From positions 1 through 64,000 of the IMG/VR virus record IMGVR_UViG_3300048997_000353: 64,000 nt of DNA. One strand, written 5' to 3'. Position 1 is the first letter of the stretch, and each line of letters opens with the position of its first letter. Under the pieces are notes generated by a model, which saw only the letters and a program-made list of their open reading frames with translations, was not told the DNA's origin and did no database searches. The position numbers and the translations under genes are program-made. Shown in pieces: positions 1 to 8,737 of the stretch. Source of the stretch: a virus.

Positions 1-81
1 CCAGCGGCTATCGTCACGTGCTTACTCCCCGGAAGCCGCTCAAGTATTGGCCGTGGGAATGGACGCGGCTTCGGAAACGGC

Positions 82-798
82 CTAATCATGCGCCACTCCC
101 GGAGCTTTTGTCAAAGCTATAATCGTGTTATCTCTTGCTGCTTTTCGCCACTGATTGAAGAGAGCTGTAGCTTCTTCGAGGGTGACGTTGGGATTCTGCC
201 GGCAAATGGTTTGCGGGATCCACTTGATTGCTTCCGACTCAAAAATTTGCTGGTCGTTCTGATGGGCAGAAGGCCGATTGGCGACCAGCATTTCCCGGTA
301 AATCCGGAGCCGGACCGCGTACTGGAATCCTCTTTTTTCCGGTTGCTGAGATGGCCGCTTTGCTTTTGCTACAAAAGCTTTCTTCGGATGGCTGGAATGA
401 AAGTGGGGCTTAAAGGTTTCGGCGTCAACTGGAAAGTTGCGCTGATTTGGCGTTCTGTACCAATTGATTCTCCGCTTACAGGCCTTGCATTCGGACGTGC
501 CACCGTAGTTATAGCCAGACGCGATGAATTCAGCGTGCGAGGTCGGGAAAGTTTTTTCAACGTCGAGGCCGCCGTGCGCTGGACAAAAATCCTTGTCCTG
601 GCCGACGTTCTTAGCGTGCGCGTTGCACATCGGCGCATCGCAGGTTTTCTTGTGCGTCACCTGTTCGGGCGGACTGATAACGAAGTCGCACAGCTTCGTG
701 GACGGATCGCCACACCAGCGGCACGCTATCTTTTTGGTCCTATGACCGCCGCAGACGATTGCTACCGAGCCGTCCACCAGTCTTAATTTTTGGCACAT
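82..798 (-). CDS. Hypothetical Cys-rich phage protein
   Basis: 238-aa ORF with several CxxC-type motifs; overlaps the end of the upstream gene in the minus-strand operon. Confidence 0.6.
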   Translation of the reverse strand: MCQKLRLVDGSVAIVCGGHRTKKIACRWCGDPSTKLCDFVISPPEQVTHKKTCDAPMCNAHAKNVGQDKDFCPAHGGLDVEKTFPTSHAEFIASGYNYGGTSECKACKRRINWYRTPNQRNFPVDAETFKPHFHSSHPKKAFVAKAKRPSQQPEKRGFQYAVRLRIYREMLVANRPSAHQNDQQIFESEAIKWIPQTICRQNPNVTLEEATALFNQWRKAARDNTIIALTKAPGVAHD

Positions 799-1223
799 AT
801 TTCCCCTCGAATCTCCAGTAAATCAAATCTCCAGTAAATGATGTGGCCCTTGAAGGGTAATCTGTTTTTGGGTTCCCTCCAGAAGAGGATCATTTCAGGA
901 AAATTTCTAAAGCCATCGCTGCGCGCCAGTGCCTCCAGTTCATCGCGAGACAAATCTTCTCCGTTGATTAGGACGTGCGGGAACAGCAGGCCTCTGGTAA
1001 GAACGCCCGGTCCCTTGGCTTTTTGCATTTCGATCACGATCTCGTCCACCTTCACGCACGGCACGCGCATGAGCAATTGAGTTTTCTTCGTTCGCAAACC
1101 GGTAAACAGATGCATTGTGTTCCCCGGTTTATCGGGATGCTTGCGGACCGCACGGATCGTGTGCTGTTTTTCTCCGGAGAGAATCATCGGCGCGAATCTT
1201 TTCTGGAAATTGTAGAGGCCCAC
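783..1223 (-). CDS. ASCH/PUA-like domain protein
   Basis: GTG start at 1223 after GGAGG; N-terminus GLYNFQKRFAPMILSGEKQHTIR and later ARSDGF match the ASCH motif pattern. Confidence 0.75.
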   Translation of the reverse strand: MGLYNFQKRFAPMILSGEKQHTIRAVRKHPDKPGNTMHLFTGLRTKKTQLLMRVPCVKVDEIVIEMQKAKGPGVLTRGLLFPHVLINGEDLSRDELEALARSDGFRNFPEMILFWREPKNRLPFKGHIIYWRFDLLEIRGEICAKN

Positions 1224-1281
1224 CGCTTGTCCTCCGTGGAATCCCGCACCTGTCATACAGACCAGGTGCGGGCATCGCTGG

Positions 1282-1425
1282 TTAGTGGCCCGGTCCGCAA
1301 GTGGGACAGGGTGGCGGAGGCGGCAGGCAACATTTGCTCGTGCTCGAACTCCAAGCGCGCGCAGGCGTGCCAGTCGCAATCGCCGACATTACGACCAGTG
1401 CAGCCAGAACAATGAACTTCTTCAT
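1282..1425 (-). CDS. Small secreted Cys/Pro-rich peptide (47 aa)
   Basis: AAGGAG RBS before ATG 1425; MKKFIVLAALVVMSAIATGTPARA signal peptide (A-x-A) followed by WSSSTSKCCLPPPPPCPTCGPGH. Confidence 0.7.
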   Translation of the reverse strand: MKKFIVLAALVVMSAIATGTPARAWSSSTSKCCLPPPPPCPTCGPGH

Positions 1426-1451
1426 GTGGTGGATTCTCCTTTCTGTGATTT

Positions 1452-1769
1452 TCATACCGTCATATCCACGTCGATACCCGTGTGTTTGCGGTAGGAATTC
1501 TTTAGGTGCGCGGGATGCTTGAAACACCGCTGTTGAGCGATGGCCCAATCCCACATCGCACGGTAGCCCGGATGCGGCCGCGGCCTCCAGCCGACCTGTT
1601 GCGGGATCTTGCCGAAATGGCCGTAGTCGCCACTTTCAAATCGGTTGATCGGCTCCCACCAGTCGGCGGGATTGTCGAGCACAACAATTGCACCGTGGCA
1701 GAACGGACAGTCCCGTTGCGCCACGCCGAACCAGGTGCAAGATATACCGCGTGCGTACCGTTCACTCAT
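1452..1769 (-). CDS. Hypothetical protein
   Basis: 105-aa ORF, ATGA-coupled to the upstream gene. Confidence 0.6.
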   Translation of the reverse strand: MSERYARGISCTWFGVAQRDCPFCHGAIVVLDNPADWWEPINRFESGDYGHFGKIPQQVGWRPRPHPGYRAMWDWAIAQQRCFKHPAHLKNSYRKHTGIDVDMTV

Positions 1770-1948
1770 TGGTCTGATTCTCCTTTGAACTTAATGGACA
1801 GCTCCACCAAACAAAGCATTCCATGAACATTCGCCAGACACCGGAACTTATCGGTGCCTAATTGTGGCGATGGCTCTCCGATTAGTATGATTCCGGGTTC
1901 TATTTCTTGACCGTCCATTTTAGGAATATGGATTGTCCCCTCGATCAC
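1766..1948 (-). CDS. Hypothetical protein
   Basis: 60-aa ORF coupled by 4-bp overlaps on both sides. Confidence 0.6.
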   Translation of the reverse strand: MIEGTIHIPKMDGQEIEPGIILIGEPSPQLGTDKFRCLANVHGMLCLVELSIKFKGESDQ

Positions 1949-2457
1949 GGCTCGACCTCCGCCGCATCCGGTCCCAGATGGTAAAAAAGAAGCTGCGTGC
2001 GCGGCCGATCCGAGAACGGCGCCCGCACGAAATCCTCCCTCACTTGTGAATCATCCTTCCAAATAAAGCCATTGAGCGCATCCTTCACTAACTTAAGCAT
2101 GTTGTCAGTATCGTTGCCTTTGCGCTTCCTGGAATATTTCTTCCCGGATCTCAAAACCTTGCCGCGAAAATGCCAGCTCGATTGAATCGACTCGATCCGC
2201 GAGCAGTAAAATAAACACCGGATGCCCCACAGGTGCGTTGCGTCCGGGTCGCCACGCGCAAACTGCGGGAACGTGGCGATGATCTGATTCCGAATATCCT
2301 CTTCGTCCTGCTCATTCGGATTGTAGGATCGACGTCCCCTACCCCACCCCACTCGTTCCTTAGCGATTGGCTCGCCAGGAAATTCTAACCACCAATAGGT
2401 GCCGGGCTCCGGCTTAGCTAGTGGAAATTCCAGCAGGTTCAGCGCAGCGAACGTCAC
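1945..2457 (-). CDS. rusA: RusA-family Holliday junction resolvase
   Basis: GEPIAKER N-terminal motif and DTDNMLKLVKDALNGFIWKDDSQV catalytic motif. Confidence 0.85.
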   Translation of the reverse strand: MTFAALNLLEFPLAKPEPGTYWWLEFPGEPIAKERVGWGRGRRSYNPNEQDEEDIRNQIIATFPQFARGDPDATHLWGIRCLFYCSRIESIQSSWHFRGKVLRSGKKYSRKRKGNDTDNMLKLVKDALNGFIWKDDSQVREDFVRAPFSDRPRTQLLFYHLGPDAAEVEP

Positions 2458-2576
2458 GGTTTCGCTTTTCTAGTTGCGCCACACAAAGGGCATTTGTTGG
2501 TCCGGTTGCCGTCGCGGTCGAAAATGACTTCCTTCGTCCACTTGTGTTTGCCGGAAATCGATTTGCACTTTTTCAT
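2454..2576 (-). CDS. Small putative Zn-binding protein (40 aa, not in ORF track)
   Basis: MKKCKSISGKHKWTKEVIFDRDGNRTNKCPLCGATRKAKP; its TGA overlaps the rusA GTG start (GTGA) and it fills the gap between genes. Confidence 0.55.
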   Translation of the reverse strand: MKKCKSISGKHKWTKEVIFDRDGNRTNKCPLCGATRKAKP

Positions 2577-2582
2577 ACAGTT

Positions 2583-2966
2583 CTAAGGCCTCCAGTTGCG
2601 CATGTAATTTGCCTTCTGTGGATCGATCTTCATTCCATCGTCAACCGGCACACAGCCCGGGAACTTTTCTTCGTACTGTTTGGATAGAAACTCCGCTTCT
2701 TCAATCAGTTGAGCCTGAAATTCCTCTGTGGTGAAAACTTTTTTGTCCACGAGCAATATCAACATCGCATTAAACTCGGCCCGCAGCAGCATGGTTACTT
2801 CGCGGTGATCCCTGACCGCCTGGGCCTCGGGATCATCCTTGACGCGAGTGCCAAGCTGCCAGCCACAAAATATCGACCGCCACTTGCACAGACGGTTCAA
2901 AGCGCTGATGAGTTTGGTTTCCAAGGCGGTCATACGGGTCTGGGCTCCGTTCCCGGGAGATAGCAC
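2583..2966 (-). CDS. Hypothetical protein
   Basis: ORF in operon; true start is probably the internal MTALE. Confidence 0.6.
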   Translation of the reverse strand: MLSPGNGAQTRMTALETKLISALNRLCKWRSIFCGWQLGTRVKDDPEAQAVRDHREVTMLLRAEFNAMLILLVDKKVFTTEEFQAQLIEEAEFLSKQYEEKFPGCVPVDDGMKIDPQKANYMRNWRP

Positions 2967-3358
2967 CGGTCATTTTTCCAAACAACCTTTCCGCTGTTGA
3001 CTGCGTTGTACACTGCGGCCGTGATGGATCCGAAGCTGCCCTGCGGGTTTTTCTCGAAAACCGCATTCATCAATTCCTTCCGGGTGGGCGGCCCGTCCAA
3101 CCTTTTGAGCACCGCCTCGATCTCTCCCCACCAAGTTGCCCGACGCCCATTCTTGACGACTGGAAGAACTTTTTTTCTGGCCACATTGGCCGGCGACTCG
3201 ATCAAGCTGATCGTGTGCTTGAGCTGGTCGACCACCTGTTGCCATCGTTCAATTTCTGCCTCGGCCTGGGTTTTTGCTTGCAGATGCAGATTCAGGGACC
3301 CCTCTGCGTTTTCGAGCTCTTTTCGCAGCAGTGAAGCTGATGCCAGTTCGTATACCAA
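2930..3358 (-). CDS. Coiled-coil plus winged-helix-like protein
   Basis: N-terminal heptads; C-terminal IEAVLKRLDGPPTRKELMNAV...SITAAVYNAVNSGKVVWKNDRCYL resembles a wHTH. Confidence 0.55.
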   Translation of the reverse strand: MVYELASASLLRKELENAEGSLNLHLQAKTQAEAEIERWQQVVDQLKHTISLIESPANVARKKVLPVVKNGRRATWWGEIEAVLKRLDGPPTRKELMNAVFEKNPQGSFGSITAAVYNAVNSGKVVWKNDRCYLPGTEPRPV

Positions 3359-3367
3359 TCTTTCCTC

Positions 3368-4342
3368 CTAAAACAACTCCTTCGCCGCGCGCACTTCGCC
3401 GCGGCCGGCCGGTTCCACTATCTTCCTTGCCATCAATCTGTTCAGGTAGGTATCGCGGCTGGACCTTTTATAATTGGTTACTTCGTCGATCGTTCCACGT
3501 GGAACATTCTTCCCCTCTGCCGCCACAAGGATTTCGAACACTCGCCGTTCACCCTCTGGAAGCCTGCCAAGCCAGTAATCCCGTAGCTCCGGTCCCTCGG
3601 GCAGCGGTTCGAAACCGGATCCCAGCGCGTCGACGCCCTCCTGCGTGGCTATGATCTTGCTCCCTGAAAATGTGACGAACCCCCGCACAGAGAGCCGGTT
3701 AGCATAGGTATCGCGGCTGGACCTTTTATAGCCTGTCAGGATCGAAGCCTGCTTCCGCTCGACACCCTCGGGGTACTGTGCCGCCGCCTTCAACACGGCC
3801 AATTCGCCGGGTGGCAGCTCAGTTGCACCGTGATCCCCATTTCCAGACGGTTCCAGAGGCTTTCGCGCTACAGGGTATGCTGTACGTGCTGGACTCGGCG
3901 CGCGCGGCCCTGGTGCGGCAATGGCGGTCACGACGGGCATATTCGGAGCTTCCGGCAGCTTAATAAGAGCTAATTCCGCGCATTCGCCTGCCGTCTTTGT
4001 CAAATAACGACGCAGACGCTGTACGGTCGCCTCAAGTCCCGTAACCTGCTTACCGAATGCACGCGCGGTCTCGGCGATGGCGCGGTCGATCGCGCGCTTG
4101 TCGGGCACCGCGGGCGCGGCCGGCGCGGCAACGTCGCGAGTGGGTCGCGTCCGGAGCTCCCGCTCCAGGTCCTTAATCTTCTTCTTGAATTCCGAAAACG
4201 TGTGGGCTTCCTCTTCGGCCTGCTTTGGCAGATCGCCCAGCTTGGCAAGCCATTCCCGGACTTTCCCTGTCGGGGGCGGCGGCTTCAGTTCGTACTTGAG
4301 CGCGTCCGAACCATGAGGTGTCTCAATCGGACCGACATGCAC
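3368..4342 (-). CDS. Protein with coiled coil and two tandem wHTH-like repeats (resembles the C-terminal half of phage HerA-like ATPase proteins)
   Basis: GTG 4342 after AAGGAG; duplicated motif T(G/N)YKRSSRDTY(A/L)NRL; no P-loop present. Confidence 0.55.
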   Translation of the reverse strand: MHVGPIETPHGSDALKYELKPPPPTGKVREWLAKLGDLPKQAEEEAHTFSEFKKKIKDLERELRTRPTRDVAAPAAPAVPDKRAIDRAIAETARAFGKQVTGLEATVQRLRRYLTKTAGECAELALIKLPEAPNMPVVTAIAAPGPRAPSPARTAYPVARKPLEPSGNGDHGATELPPGELAVLKAAAQYPEGVERKQASILTGYKRSSRDTYANRLSVRGFVTFSGSKIIATQEGVDALGSGFEPLPEGPELRDYWLGRLPEGERRVFEILVAAEGKNVPRGTIDEVTNYKRSSRDTYLNRLMARKIVEPAGRGEVRAAKELF

Positions 4343-4692
4343 GAGCTCGTCTCCTTCCTGTCGTGAATTTTTTCGATCCAAATGGGGATGCTGCTGCCGA
4401 GGTAGCATTTCTGGCAGATGAAAACTTCCGTGTTGAGCCTGTCGTCCTCAGAAACCACGACGGCCCGATCCGCGTCCGGCGCCATGGCCTCGGCAATCGC
4501 GAGAGCCTTTGGGGTGAGTCCCCAACTCATCATTTTGATCATGCCCAGGACGGAATTGGTTCCTTTGCCAAACAGGGCGAACTTGGATTCGAGAATATAG
4601 AATTGTGGCGCGATTGGACCGCCGCACACATCGCATGGCCTGGTTTCGCTCAGCTTCAAACCGGAAGTTTTCACATCGTCCGTGTCGTTCAT
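4285..4692 (-). CDS. Hypothetical protein with two CxxC motifs
   Basis: CDVC and CQKC; GGAGG RBS before ATG. Confidence 0.6.
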   Translation of the reverse strand: MNDTDDVKTSGLKLSETRPCDVCGGPIAPQFYILESKFALFGKGTNSVLGMIKMMSWGLTPKALAIAEAMAPDADRAVVVSEDDRLNTEVFICQKCYLGSSIPIWIEKIHDRKETSSCMSVRLRHLMVRTRSSTN

Positions 4693-5148
4693 TTAATCCT
4701 CCAGCGTGATGGGCCGTTTCGGTTTGAGCACGTAACCTGGCTTCTCTTTGGGCTTCTCTTTGGGCTTAGGTTTGGCGAAATCAGGCTCCAAACCCTCAAA
4801 ACCATCATCCTCGAACGGATTCATGACCCAACCTGGTCGCGTTCTAGTTCTGGGCGCAGGCGCAGGTGCAGGACCCGGAACGACTGGACTACCACTGAAC
4901 AAGCTGCGATCCCCCACGGGTGGAAACCCTGCCTTATTCCGGACTTCTCTGGGCGGTAGAACTCCGGCCTTTACCAGATCAATCGCCATCCCTAATCGTT
5001 GATCGCTCGACGGTTGGCTCAGCATGGTGTCAATTAGCACGGTCGGATCGACTTTGTTGTAAGCCGCGAGCGTGTGCGGACAGATTACAGCGATCGACGG
5101 ATCGGCATTCAGGCCTGCGCATGAGCAGCGCCACGTTCCATCGCTCAT
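4693..5148 (-). CDS. SWIM zinc-finger protein
   Basis: WRCSC...ICPHTLAA (CxC-xn-CxH); the frame stays open upstream to a CTG at 5196. Confidence 0.65.
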   Translation of the reverse strand: MSDGTWRCSCAGLNADPSIAVICPHTLAAYNKVDPTVLIDTMLSQPSSDQRLGMAIDLVKAGVLPPREVRNKAGFPPVGDRSLFSGSPVVPGPAPAPAPRTRTRPGWVMNPFEDDGFEGLEPDFAKPKPKEKPKEKPGYVLKPKRPITLED

Positions 5149-5192
5149 CAGCTTGACGAGGAATCCGTCGACCTGGCCAGACCAATTCCATG

Positions 5193-5468
5193 TCAGTCGA
5201 GTTTGATCGCTCTTTTCGATGGCCCCACCACTCTCGCCTTATGTTCCGGCTGCAAGGTTGTCGCCTGCGCATACTCGGTAACTTTTTTCTGCGCGATTCT
5301 CAGCTTGGCTTCCTGGATAATTATTTTGCGAATGTGCTCGCATCGAAACCGAACCCTTTGCGGTCCCATGGCGTCCACTTCAATGCCGCGCTTGAAAAAG
5401 ATGCAGTCGCAGCTATAGAGATCGTCGTCGAACGTGACGATGCAGCCCGCAATGGTCCAGCGTTGCAT
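5193..5468 (-). CDS. SWIM zinc-finger protein
   Basis: YSCDCIFF...RCEHIRK. Confidence 0.65.
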   Translation of the reverse strand: MQRWTIAGCIVTFDDDLYSCDCIFFKRGIEVDAMGPQRVRFRCEHIRKIIIQEAKLRIAQKKVTEYAQATTLQPEHKARVVGPSKRAIKLD

Positions 5469-6223
5469 TACCTTCGGATCGATTCCTTTTCATCTTCCTC
5501 GACCAAAATCCCACCGGCCCGGATATTGACCACATTTTCAGCGTTCTTGCCAAGTGAGTTGACGAGCGGCCGGATGAGCGATTCGCTGGGCAACTGGTAA
5601 TCAGGCTTCACCAGTTTCGGATTGAGCACTCGGAACGTGTACTTCTTTTTGACTATTGCTCCTTTTGACTTGGTGGCGCTCGGGGCGACATAGACCGGCG
5701 CCGGCGGAGCCTCGGCCGCCTGTTCTAAGACAGCCTGGGCCGCTTCCGACTCGCCCTGGCGCTCAAGTTCGGCCGCTTCATCCAGAGCCGCCTTGTCCGC
5801 GGCTTCCTGCGCGACTCTCCGATCTTCGGCAGATTTCGCATCAGCGATTTGTTTCAACTTGTCCCGATAGAGCTTCCGCTTCTTTTCAACGATGGCATCA
5901 GCGTCCTGGAGTGGCGTAAGTGCCAAGCCGCGAAAGGTCGTTGAAGCCCTATGGAGCTTGAAAAGTAAATCGATGTTCGGCTTGAGCAGCTCCGAAATGA
6001 GATCCATATTATTTTGATAGGCGCGCCGCTGATGTTCGGACGCTTCATAGGTTTCGGCGGAATCGATTTGCAGTTCATCGGCAATCCGGAGGGCATTCTC
6101 ACACATCTTCCGCACTTTGGGCGGAAGCTCCGGACTGACCAGCTTGTAAAGTTCTGGATGCTTTTCTTGCAGTTCTAGAATTTGCGGGTCCTGTTGAACC
6201 AGCGCACTGTTGTTTTCAGCCAT
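5468..6223 (-). CDS. Conserved phage coiled-coil protein of recombination modules
   Basis: AAGGAG RBS before ATG 6223; helical A/E-rich middle; located next to exonuclease and RecT genes. Confidence 0.65.
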   Translation of the reverse strand: MAENNSALVQQDPQILELQEKHPELYKLVSPELPPKVRKMCENALRIADELQIDSAETYEASEHQRRAYQNNMDLISELLKPNIDLLFKLHRASTTFRGLALTPLQDADAIVEKKRKLYRDKLKQIADAKSAEDRRVAQEAADKAALDEAAELERQGESEAAQAVLEQAAEAPPAPVYVAPSATKSKGAIVKKKYTFRVLNPKLVKPDYQLPSESLIRPLVNSLGKNAENVVNIRAGGILVEEDEKESIRR

Positions 6224-6242
6224 CGGTCTGTTCTCCTTGCGG

Positions 6243-6899
6243 CTAGGCCGCTTCTGCAATTTCTGGGATTTGTTTTCCGTGCGCCATCTTGTAATGCGTC
6301 AGGAAAAGGCCGGACGCGAATGCATCGTAATCAGCGCGCTTCCGGTAAGGATCGGACAATTTGAACCGGCCATCCTTTTTCAGTTCCACAATCCGGCCGT
6401 CCCGCCGCATCCATCGTGCCAAGTTTGACATGGGCGCATCCTTGGATTCAGTGGCAAACGGCAGGCCGGCCATGTAGCCCGCGAGTTGCACGCCGTCATA
6501 CCACATTGTCGGCCGCGTCTTAATGTCCACGATCGTTTCCTGTTTGAATAATAAACCGTCAGCGTCGATCTGCATCCCGTAGAGCATGCCGTTGAGTGTC
6601 GCAATCATCTGGAGTTCGCGCCGGCGCGGCACAAATCCTGTCTTGAGTCTAAACTCGATCCAGGCGTTGACTCGTGGCTTAGCTTCCTCGGCAACCGTGG
6701 ACCAGTCGAGATCATTGTCGTCATAAAAATGCGTGCATGTGTGAACGACTTTACCGAGCATCGACTTGCGCGCAAGGACGTCATCACGAACCATGCTGTA
6801 ATCCACGAGCCCACTAAAATCCAGAATCCGCGTGCAGCCAGGGATGATCTGGCCGTCGCGACTGTAAACATGCGATGTTTCGTCGAACTGGAAATCCAT
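6243..6899 (-). CDS. PD-(D/E)XK family exonuclease (recombination partner)
   Basis: FDETSHVY...IPGCTRIL, GKVVH, YGMQIDA, IVDIKT and QLAGY motifs. Confidence 0.8.
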   Translation of the reverse strand: MDFQFDETSHVYSRDGQIIPGCTRILDFSGLVDYSMVRDDVLARKSMLGKVVHTCTHFYDDNDLDWSTVAEEAKPRVNAWIEFRLKTGFVPRRRELQMIATLNGMLYGMQIDADGLLFKQETIVDIKTRPTMWYDGVQLAGYMAGLPFATESKDAPMSNLARWMRRDGRIVELKKDGRFKLSDPYRKRADYDAFASGLFLTHYKMAHGKQIPEIAEAA

Positions 6900-7091
6900 G
6901 GCTGGGAAAAGTGAGGGAGCCGTCTACGGGCGGTGGCTCCCTCTTCTGTTTGGCTCGTACAACTGCCCTCTGCTTATGGTTTGTCCCTAGCGGCGACCTG
7001 AGCATTAACTCGCCAGCTTTTGCTCCGAGCGGGCTAGGCGTCTATTTTCCCCGCCCTTCTGCAGAATGTTTCGCACCAGCCGCCGCAAACT

Positions 7092-8060
7092 TTAACTACC
7101 GCCCTCGAACATTTCCTTGATCGCCAGAGCCGACGACCGCGGAACTTTGTTCGTGTCGACGATATTCATTTTTTCCTTCAAGGATTTTTTCATGTCCATG
7201 AGGGACCAGCTATTGTTGTAGCCCACCCGGAAGAGTTCATTGAGTTCCGCGGTATTCAGGAATTCAGATGCCTCTTCGCTGCCTGGTTCCGGAGCGGCGG
7301 CGGCGGACCTGGGCGCGGCCTGGGCTTGGCGCGGCGCGGCCGTCGCGACAGGTTCGCGCGCCGGTGCTGTGGAAGTTGGAATGTTTGAAGGTTGAGCTGG
7401 TTGAAGCTCCTTGGGTCCAGATTCCGACATCCGGCGCGGCTGGACGATTTCGTGTTCGCCGCCCGTTACGCTCTTGAGCCGATCCAGTTCATCTTCTTCC
7501 ATGAGGTCGCCCATGCCGAGCGCGTAGCGCGCCGTCTGGATGAAGGCCTTGTGATGCAGCATGCGGTACGGCCACTGCTTCCAGGGATCGGTATCCCGCT
7601 TACACTCCTGCATATACTCGGTCATGATGATCGGGCGCGTCCGGTCTTTCCGGAAGATGCTGCAGGTGACAGCGTACAGAGCCTTTGTATCCGGATCGAG
7701 ATGCTCTTTGAATTCATGGCCGTCATAAAACTCATGCCGCAGGGCCACTTTGATCCAGCCGTCGATCGAGATGATGCAGCGGAGATTGAAATTCTGGTCG
7801 ATGAACGGGTAAATCTCCCGCAGGAAAGGATTGAGGTCGTACTGGTCCGCAACGAGCAAAAACGCCATGACCATTTCCTTGGTCGGCGGCAATCCCCGGC
7901 CGGGCTTTGGTTCCTCTCCCTGCTTGGCCTTGCCAGCACTGAAAATTGTGGTGACGACGGTATTGTAAAATTGCCCCGAATCCACGCCGTACTTCGCGGC
8001 CATCTTGACGATGAGCGATTGCGAACTGGCCTTCATGAGTGCCGCTGCGTCACTTGCCAT
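7092..8060 (-). CDS. bet: RecT/Bet-family single-strand annealing protein
   Basis: FLLVADQYDLNPFLREIYPF, IISIDGW, EYMQEC...PWKQWPYRMLHHKAFIQTARYALG. Confidence 0.9.
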   Translation of the reverse strand: MASDAAALMKASSQSLIVKMAAKYGVDSGQFYNTVVTTIFSAGKAKQGEEPKPGRGLPPTKEMVMAFLLVADQYDLNPFLREIYPFIDQNFNLRCIISIDGWIKVALRHEFYDGHEFKEHLDPDTKALYAVTCSIFRKDRTRPIIMTEYMQECKRDTDPWKQWPYRMLHHKAFIQTARYALGMGDLMEEDELDRLKSVTGGEHEIVQPRRMSESGPKELQPAQPSNIPTSTAPAREPVATAAPRQAQAAPRSAAAAPEPGSEEASEFLNTAELNELFRVGYNNSWSLMDMKKSLKEKMNIVDTNKVPRSSALAIKEMFEGGS

Positions 8061-8262
8061 GTCTGTTCTCCTTTGTTTTTTCGTAGGTCACAATTCTTTC
8101 CAAATTCAAATTCTTGAGGATCTTATCTCCCGGGTCCTTGCGGCCGGCGCGAACTTCTGAAAGATATTGCTGGGAGATTCCCCACTGTTTGGCGAGCGCC
8201 TTCTGCGTGCCGGCGCGGACAATGTGCTTTTCGATCTGTTCGATGACTTCGCTTGCTTGCAT
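8050..8262 (-). CDS. Cro/XRE-like HTH regulator
   Basis: TQKALAKQWGISQQYLSEVRAGRKDPG helix-turn-helix; first gene behind a strong promoter. Confidence 0.85.
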   Translation of the reverse strand: MQASEVIEQIEKHIVRAGTQKALAKQWGISQQYLSEVRAGRKDPGDKILKNLNLERIVTYEKTKENRHGK

Positions 8263-8274
8263 GTGAGAAACGGA

Positions 8275-8303
8275 ACACTACCAATACGCAGATTGGCTGT
8301 CAA
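8275..8303 (-). promoter_or_regulatory. Sigma70-type promoter with a palindromic operator in its spacer
   Basis: TTGACA-17bp-TAGTGT on the minus strand; the spacer contains CCAAT-N6-ATTGG (8281-8296). Confidence 0.7.
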
Positions 8304-8311
8304 GGCGAAAA

Positions 8312-8737
8312 TTAGGCGGCGATTTCTTCTTGTGGATTCATCGTGGCGACGACTTCGAGGCGGTGATCTCCGGATTCCCAGACCTTTACACGAATAGCAT
8401 GCGACTGGATAATGCATCCTTCCGACGCAAACCCTGGATGAGGAATAGAATCCCCGTGCATCAGAAAGTGGTCTCGCCCAAAGGTTTCATTGCCCACATC
8501 GGGCGTGAGTCCCATAGCATATTCGCCGTGGGTGTGCGAGTTGACTGGTGCGCAGATCGTATACGTGCCGCATGGAATAGGCCCTACTTTGTGAACATCC
8601 TGCATGGCAGGATTGTTCTTGCCCTTAATGGTTTCGAGATTATGGGGATCGATCCCGCCGCCGGAATAGCCGGTGCCAACCAAGGCGCCGAAGGGATTGA
8701 ATAGTTTTCCGGTTGACTGTTCGTAAATCCACGCCAT
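8312..8737 (-). CDS. Tlde1/DUF2778 family L,D-transpeptidase-like peptidoglycan enzyme
   Basis: WIYEQSTG, GYSG, GPIPCGTY, FLMHGD...ASEGCII (His/Cys catalytic pair). Confidence 0.85.
   Translation of the reverse strand: MAWIYEQSTGKLFNPFGALVGTGYSGGGIDPHNLETIKGKNNPAMQDVHKVGPIPCGTYTICAPVNSHTHGEYAMGLTPDVGNETFGRDHFLMHGDSIPHPGFASEGCIIQSHAIRVKVWESGDHRLEVVATMNPQEEIAA

Noticed and set aside
3368-4408. Intact HerA/FtsK-like ATPase
   Set aside because: No Walker A/B motifs; only the coiled-coil and wHTH-like part is present
6960-7015. Twister ribozyme (UAAUGC...GCAGAGGG resemblance)
   Set aside because: The conserved GU..AAGC loop and pseudoknot partners could not be found
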